Of a stretch of DNA of 64,000 nt, positions 58,230 to 64,000 are shown piece after piece. Origin of the DNA: a virus (taxonomy: Duplodnaviria; Caudoviricetes); the IMG/VR virus record IMGVR_UViG_3300021431_000075, positions 544,001 to 608,000 of that record, one strand, 5' to 3'. Below the pieces are notes generated by a model that worked only from the letters and a program-made list of their open reading frames with translations, made no database searches and was not told the DNA's origin. Each line of letters opens with the position of its first letter. The stretch's first letter is position 1. Both the position numbers and the translations under genes were made by a program.

Positions 58230-59768
58230 ATGAGTATGGATATAGGCAAGATAAGAGTAAAGGGAATTGTTTATAATCTCAAAGATAATCTATATGACAC
58301 GCTTGGAGACCACACTGACGGAAGCATGACTCAGGCAGCAATAACCAGCAATTTTGATGAGATTACTTCTGGCATTGCATCAAAAGCTGATGTTCAGAAC
58401 GACATCAATGCCGATTTTGACATAGCTGATGATAATAACCACTCTATTGTACGTTTCACTGACGGACATATCCAGACGCAGAACTTTGATAGCCATGATG
58501 TAAACAAATTAAAACAGAACGTTGGCTTAACAAAATATCAAGAGTTTTCTGACGAGAGTGATTATTATGTCGGAAACATCGTTCTTCATGACGGCTTGCT
58601 TTATAAGTTCACATCAAACCATACAGCAGGCTCATGGGACTCATCAGAAGTTGAAGAAACTGACATTACTGACAACATAGAAAAATCTACTGATGTTATC
58701 AATTCTTCATATGATTTTGATATTGCTGATGAAAACGGTCTTTCTATTCTAAGAGTATCAAACGGATACTTGAAAACAAAGAATTTTGACAGCGAGAACA
58801 TCGACACAGAAGTATCTCAAAAGACCGATGAGTATCTCCAGTATCTTCGTGGAGGTTCCCCATCTACTATCATAACAGGAATTCCTTCCAATGCAGACAT
58901 AGCAATTAATGACACAATCAAACAAATTCTTGCCACGTGTCCATATGCCGATATCATCCTCATAGCAAATCCTTCAACCAGACGCAACAAACAGCGTTTC
59001 ATAAAGAGGCGTGCATATATCGAAGAACTGAAAGCATTTGCAGATTTCTATTCATTTGGTTTCATCAATTTAAGAGATGCTGGCATATCAAGACCGATGG
59101 TAACGGACACGTCTTATTATACAACTGACGGAACTCACACAAACGATTTGGGAAGCGAGAAACTATTCAATTACATATACGGATTTCTAACACAACGTTA
59201 TAACGGAGAAGAAAATATATCATCAAAGAAAATACTTGTGATGGGAGATTCTTCTTGCGCTCATCAGAATCCAAGTAGCTCCTCGCCGGACGGATTCTTC
59301 TCTTGGAGTACATTGTTGATGAAAAAGTCCAATAGAAGATATGAACTGTTTGATTCTTCAAAATCTTATAATATCGGCGATGTGGTTAGACGTGAAGTGG
59401 AATACACATTATCGAACAACAAAACGGTTTCCATTCCGTATCTATACGAGTTCGTTAACAATCACAGCGGTTCTTGGACTCAAAATGATGTCAAAGTCGT
59501 TAAGAAAGATGTGTATTTGGCAGCAGTCGGCGGTTCTGGATGGAGTGCTGTAGCAGAGACTGGATACACGTCTTCGGACAGAGCAGTTTCTGTCCAGTTC
59601 AATGACTGGAAAGCAACAAAGACATTAGACCCGGTTACGCAGCAAGTGAATCCGGAGGATATAGACATCATTATCATAGGAACTGGCGGAAACGAGTTGA
59701 ACAAATTCAAACTCGATTATTCATCAACAATGAAGTATTTGTGTAATGATGAAACTATTGTTTATTAA
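58230..59768 (+). CDS. Cassette 5R: virion-type protein with a circularly permuted SGNH hydrolase and CBM-like modules
   Basis: KIRVKGIVYNLKDNLYDTLGDHTDGSMTQ N-terminus; DGTH block precedes the MGDS, GGSG and GGNE blocks. Confidence 0.75.
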   Translation: MSMDIGKIRVKGIVYNLKDNLYDTLGDHTDGSMTQAAITSNFDEITSGIASKADVQNDINADFDIADDNNHSIVRFTDGHIQTQNFDSHDVNKLKQNVGLTKYQEFSDESDYYVGNIVLHDGLLYKFTSNHTAGSWDSSEVEETDITDNIEKSTDVINSSYDFDIADENGLSILRVSNGYLKTKNFDSENIDTEVSQKTDEYLQYLRGGSPSTIITGIPSNADIAINDTIKQILATCPYADIILIANPSTRRNKQRFIKRRAYIEELKAFADFYSFGFINLRDAGISRPMVTDTSYYTTDGTHTNDLGSEKLFNYIYGFLTQRYNGEENISSKKILVMGDSSCAHQNPSSSSPDGFFSWSTLLMKKSNRRYELFDSSKSYNIGDVVRREVEYTLSNNKTVSIPYLYEFVNNHSGSWTQNDVKVVKKDVYLAAVGGSGWSAVAETGYTSSDRAVSVQFNDWKATKTLDPVTQQVNPEDIDIIIIGTGGNELNKFKLDYSSTMKYLCNDETIVY

Positions 59769-59790
59769 ATCTTTATATTAAAACAATTAT

Positions 59791-60342
59791 ATGGGAAAAG
59801 CGTTAATTATCAAAGGTGCTGATTTTTCTGCACACTCAATAGGTCCAATTCAAAGAATCGTTCAAATGGAATTTGAGCAGTCAAACATTATGTACAGACA
59901 GAGTGACTGCGGTGTTTATCCAAAACCGTCTGCGCAAGACCAAGTAGTTCTTCCGAAACGATGCAGAACAACAAATGGTACATTGATAGAAGTTGCACCA
60001 AACCAGACCATCACCATCAGCGGTTTGAAAGATCTATTTTATCGAATATTCGAATATCAGGCTTATACAAATGGAGCCGATGAATACAAAACAAATTATG
60101 CATTCACTGGAATAAACTATGGAACTTGGACTGACAATGTTTCAAATTGCTTAACTCCATATGTTTCCAGTTCTACAGATTCGAATATTGCATCAGGCTC
60201 AAGCGTGAACACAATAACTTATACAAATACACATGAAATGACAGTATATATTGGAATGCGTGTTGGCTGGAATGTTGACAGCGGAAAGAACGACACTAAC
60301 ATCTTGCCTGAGGAAATATCAGTGTTCGTTGAATATGATTAA
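59791..60342 (+). CDS. Small companion protein of cassette 5R
   Basis: MGKALIIKGADFSAHSIG N-terminus, homologous to the micro-ORFs. Confidence 0.75.
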   Translation: MGKALIIKGADFSAHSIGPIQRIVQMEFEQSNIMYRQSDCGVYPKPSAQDQVVLPKRCRTTNGTLIEVAPNQTITISGLKDLFYRIFEYQAYTNGADEYKTNYAFTGINYGTWTDNVSNCLTPYVSSSTDSNIASGSSVNTITYTNTHEMTVYIGMRVGWNVDSGKNDTNILPEEISVFVEYD

Positions 60343-60363
60343 ACAAATTTATTCAAACATAAA

Positions 60364-60395
60364 AAAGTTCGTCAAAATAATTCTTGACGAACTTT
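60364..60395. terminator. Bidirectional intrinsic terminator
   Basis: AAAGTTCGTCAA...TTGACGAACTTT between convergent genes. Confidence 0.7.
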
Positions 60396-60409
60396 GTGTT
60401 TTATATTGT

Positions 60410-61354
60410 TTATGTTTTGTGTCTATTGACATAATCTTCATCAAGCAACCAATCTGGAATTTCTTCTTTATGTGTGATTTCCTTTCCATCTGCGTCGTAT
60501 AGTTTAGAAAACATTGTTAATACTGATACTGAATTTGGCGTATAGAGATTTGATATAGCTTTGATTGTACTTTCTGCTGATAAACCATTTGTAATTGAAT
60601 CATCGACAATAAGGACGTTTGATGAATTGAGTTCGTCTGCATATATGTTTTTGAACTGCTCATCCAACTTGATAGTGTCAAGAACGGTCTTTCTGAGAAT
60701 CATATCTGTAATAAGATGATATTTAAATGTTCCGGCTCCGTTTGATTCGATATCCATATCATCTAAATATTCCATCAATTTATCATAAGCTATATCATAC
60801 TTACCTCGTTTTGTCCAGAACTTATAGAAGTATGACTCTTTGTCCAGAGCCATATTTTCAATTTCTGTTGTGTCCAGTTTAACAAGTCCGTTAGTGATGA
60901 ACGTCGATATTCCAACTTCATCTGAAAGATTTTGAATCATGCTCATAATCTTCTTGTTTATTTTACTGGATGTCGGAACCATAACGGCTGTATCGAATTC
61001 ATTCTTATGCTCGCGCAGCCATCGTCTTAGGATATGCTCAAACGTTCTCCAGAACTGTTTTTCAGAATCGACGTTTTCAAATTTCCAACCTCGTTCTCCT
61101 TTAAGAGAATATATGACAGGATTTGAATCTCCTGTTCTTTTTGCTTTTGGATTGTCCGGATTCTTAATTTGCATTCTCCTAAATATAGAATAAACATCGA
61201 TGTCTCTGTTCAAGACAACAGAATGAATGACAGACTTGGTTGGTTCGCCACTAAGGTCTGTGTTGAGAATGTTGTTGTGTCTTGGATTAAAACGCAACTT
61301 ACGTCCAGATAAGATGTCAAATCCTTCGTTTATATTATGTTCAATATAACTCAT
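60410..61354 (-). CDS. Phosphoribosyltransferase (type I PRTase)-domain protein
   Basis: PRPP-binding loop VLIVDDSITNGLS and upstream VMVPTSS. Confidence 0.7.
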   Translation of the reverse strand: MSYIEHNINEGFDILSGRKLRFNPRHNNILNTDLSGEPTKSVIHSVVLNRDIDVYSIFRRMQIKNPDNPKAKRTGDSNPVIYSLKGERGWKFENVDSEKQFWRTFEHILRRWLREHKNEFDTAVMVPTSSKINKKIMSMIQNLSDEVGISTFITNGLVKLDTTEIENMALDKESYFYKFWTKRGKYDIAYDKLMEYLDDMDIESNGAGTFKYHLITDMILRKTVLDTIKLDEQFKNIYADELNSSNVLIVDDSITNGLSAESTIKAISNLYTPNSVSVLTMFSKLYDADGKEITHKEEIPDWLLDEDYVNRHKT

Positions 61355-61540
61355 ATAATTTTACAATTTAATTTATTTTTTGCAAAAGTACGGCTTTTTT
61401 TTTAATTAGCCGTAGTTTTCACAAATAAAATTGCAAAATCACCCCAATTATATAATGATGTATAAAAACATAATCAAATTATGAAACTATCATCCAGTCT
61501 TGCAAGTGCTTTTAATAATTTGTTAATCTTTTCCATTGCG

Positions 61541-64000
61541 TTATGAATTTTTAAGTACATATTCACCGTATCTGTATAACTGTACTCTTAACGTATAATC
61601 ACCAATAGCAAAAACATCATCACCATAGTTTATCCTACTATGGTTTGATGTTATATGAGTGCCCGGTACTGCATTGTCACCTCCAAACATAATGGATGAA
61701 CATATTTCTATTGTGCATGCAAATACAGCACCTTGTTCATTGAAATATTTTGTTGTTGTTCCATTACCTGTTGTTGATGCCACTCTGTTTATAGCACCTT
61801 TATAATACTCGTCTGTTGTATCACCAAAATACTCCTCACCAAGTTCCTTCATAAATGTATATACACAATCACTACAAGCATTTCTTGTAAGAAGTATTTG
61901 ATCTGAATTACCAATATGAGTGTAAAAATGATATACTGTCCATAAATCCCAATCGTAATTATGATGATCTATGACAAAATCAGGATTTATTACTTCTTTC
62001 CATGCCATTATCATTTGTGTCTCTGCTTCACTCCCCGCATAAGGTCCTGTATTGTTACTACCTGCTGTTTCATCAGCTACCCATCCATTAAAAGGGAAAT
62101 TACGATTGATGTTAACACCATTTGCATTAACTCTCTGATTGTGATACTGACCATATCCATTAACACAAGGAATGAAATAAATATCAAACGCATTCAAGAA
62201 TTGTACTAAATTTGGCTCATTTGCATGACAAAGAGAATATGCCAATATGTATGTATTTACTGGACCCGCTTTTTCATTACCATGCAAGGCTGACACAATC
62301 AGCAATTTCTTTTTTGTAGTATCGTTTGGTTTTCTTATAAATTTGTATATATAAGTATTGTATGAAGGAGTTGCCAAATAATCACCTGATGCAACATTAT
62401 TAAGTTCGGCATAGGATGGATTTTGAAGATTGACAGCTGTATATGCGTTCTCTTTTGATACATAATCTGGAAATGCTGCGACTAAAGCATCAAATCCATT
62501 TTGCACCTTATCATGTATTGTATTATCATCGTCCAATCTTCTATTATTTGAGTTTTTCTGCCATATTGTTTCTACAATACTTGAAACATCGCGCAATTTA
62601 TGGTCAATTATAAATGTTGGGTAATCAGCTGATGTTATTTTTATATTTGCAATTCTATTCGATAGTTCTTCTAAAGCCAAGGAATTCTTTATCTCTTTTA
62701 ATTCTGCAACAGTTGCAGGGGTATCTTCTGTACCTTTTTGAACAGTAATCCTTACCGCATATTCACCACTACAAATATAATTTCTTGATTTTACTTGAGA
62801 ATAGTTAACAAAAGCAAGCGTTTCCTTGTTGTATAACAATGCCCATCTCACTCTATATCCAACAGGCATTGTTATTTTCTTTGAACCATAAATGAAATTA
62901 CTTCGCAAAAGATAATTACTATCAACATCTTTTCCTACTACATTAATACCACCTCTTTCAAATAATATCAAATTATTGTCAAATGGGGCATTAGTCACAT
63001 TCTCTGCATAGTCGGCTTCAAGTGAGTCTAATCTATCTGTGAAATCAAGAACACGTCTTTTTATTTCCTCTATCGAGGTTTCTATCTTATATGATTGATT
63101 CCTATATACATTAAAGATGACATAACCATCATCAGGGGCAATCAATTCAAGAAGAACGACTTCGAGATTTGCATTTGCATGGCTTACAATCTCATTATCA
63201 GTATCAACAAAGCACCACAATCTTGCGTTTGCACCTCCCTTTCCTGTTATACGAAATTTATCACCTTCTTTACATTCAAGAACAATATAATTAAGGCTTT
63301 GGCTTGTAGTCGGAGTGATAACTATCTCTGTGCCTATTTCTGATGATGTATTGACTTGCCCTGACTTTGCTTCATCTGATACATCAAAATACAATGAATC
63401 TTGCAAATCCTCCACATCATCATTCACTTTCTCCAATGAAAGATTTTGTTTCAAGTCATAAACTGTAATATCTGTGGCATCGTTGTCATTCTTCTTAATT
63501 ACAATTCTTGCAACCTTACCTGATATTTCAGTAATGATGAATGTATTGGAGTTTGATTTTGAACCATCATAACTTGAAAAAGAAAAATCATCTATATTGT
63601 AATATACAATATATTGACAAACAAACCCCGTAGGAAGTTTCAAGGTATAAGTGCCACTGATATAACTCTTTGATCTCAATCTTTTAGAATTCGTTGTTTC
63701 TTTACCTGAAACATCAATACCACCTTGCTCAAAGAGAATCGACTCACATTTTAATTTTGGAAGTTCATCATCTATATATTTCGTGTATGATATAAAAGAA
63801 TAATTTGTGTCATCATAATAATACTGCTTGTTCTCAAATACATAGTTGGCACCATCCTTGTAAGGCACTTCCATAAATGTGCTTGTACTCAAATCACCCG
63901 TGTAATCTGTGCATTTATATATCTTTCTTTGTGTTGTGTTGTAATAGTATTGCCCTACCGCCGTCACATTACTATAAATCTTACTACTTGCCGAGATAGA
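61541..64000 (-). CDS. Virion-type protein with a C-terminal M14 zinc carboxypeptidase domain; the 5' end lies beyond the window
   Basis: LHGNE, IPCVNGYG, RVNANGVNINRNFP, SEAETQ, DHH and catalytic TIE motifs. The frame stays open to 64000. Its GDKFRITGKGG module resembles that of cassette 3L. Confidence 0.8.
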   Translation of the reverse strand, partial: SISASSKIYSNVTAVGQYYYNTTQRKIYKCTDYTGDLSTSTFMEVPYKDGANYVFENKQYYYDDTNYSFISYTKYIDDELPKLKCESILFEQGGIDVSGKETTNSKRLRSKSYISGTYTLKLPTGFVCQYIVYYNIDDFSFSSYDGSKSNSNTFIITEISGKVARIVIKKNDNDATDITVYDLKQNLSLEKVNDDVEDLQDSLYFDVSDEAKSGQVNTSSEIGTEIVITPTTSQSLNYIVLECKEGDKFRITGKGGANARLWCFVDTDNEIVSHANANLEVVLLELIAPDDGYVIFNVYRNQSYKIETSIEEIKRRVLDFTDRLDSLEADYAENVTNAPFDNNLILFERGGINVVGKDVDSNYLLRSNFIYGSKKITMPVGYRVRWALLYNKETLAFVNYSQVKSRNYICSGEYAVRITVQKGTEDTPATVAELKEIKNSLALEELSNRIANIKITSADYPTFIIDHKLRDVSSIVETIWQKNSNNRRLDDDNTIHDKVQNGFDALVAAFPDYVSKENAYTAVNLQNPSYAELNNVASGDYLATPSYNTYIYKFIRKPNDTTKKKLLIVSALHGNEKAGPVNTYILAYSLCHANEPNLVQFLNAFDIYFIPCVNGYGQYHNQRVNANGVNINRNFPFNGWVADETAGSNNTGPYAGSEAETQMIMAWKEVINPDFVIDHHNYDWDLWTVYHFYTHIGNSDQILLTRNACSDCVYTFMKELGEEYFGDTTDEYYKGAINRVASTTGNGTTTKYFNEQGAVFACTIEICSSIMFGGDNAVPGTHITSNHSRINYGDDVFAIGDYTLRVQLYRYGEYVLKNS

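Noticed and set aside
19078-60342. Diversity-generating retroelement as the source of fibre variation
   Set aside because: No reverse transcriptase and no template/variable repeat pair with adenine-specific mismatches seen in the window.
1-64000. Alternative genetic code (TAG read as Gln, as in Lak phages)
   Set aside because: Core and accessory genes are uninterrupted in the standard code, and TAG ends several genes at plausible termini (14280, 24983, 31866, 34890, 53093), several just before terminators.
1-64000. Recombinase, tRNA or rRNA genes
   Set aside because: No tyrosine or serine recombinase motifs and no tRNA or rRNA-like sequence recognised. The proposed invertase would have to be encoded elsewhere or by the host.

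Overview
This window is part of a large myovirus (jumbo/megaphage) genome. T4-like core genes are present: tail sheath, primase, gp32-like SSB, gp46/gp47 nuclease, intein-containing large terminase, gp15-like tail completion protein and gp19-like tail tube. The gene set and sequence style suggest a Lak-like Bacteroidales phage, which is inference only. The standard genetic code is used. The most striking feature is ten large, AT-richer genes for virion-type enzymes (SGNH esterases, a BNR-repeat propeller, beta-helix depolymerases). They share related N-termini and sit in five head-to-head pairs. Every gene is preceded by a related ~21-bp site (AACTTACCTG-AATA/TTT-AGAAAC), so each pair is separated by an inverted repeat. 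Four of the five spacers are exactly 67 bp and lack the phage's late-promoter motif. The fifth is 359 bp and carries two co-oriented GATAAATA motifs. Homology between loci switches at the sites. I interpret this as a dispersed, recombinase-driven shufflon or phase-variation system with one expression site and several silent cassettes. No recombinase gene is visible in the window. Other items include a circularly permuted SGNH hydrolase, four conserved 24-26 aa micro-ORFs, a degenerate methyltransferase between gp46 and gp47, and a probable ORF-less TnpB-element remnant.
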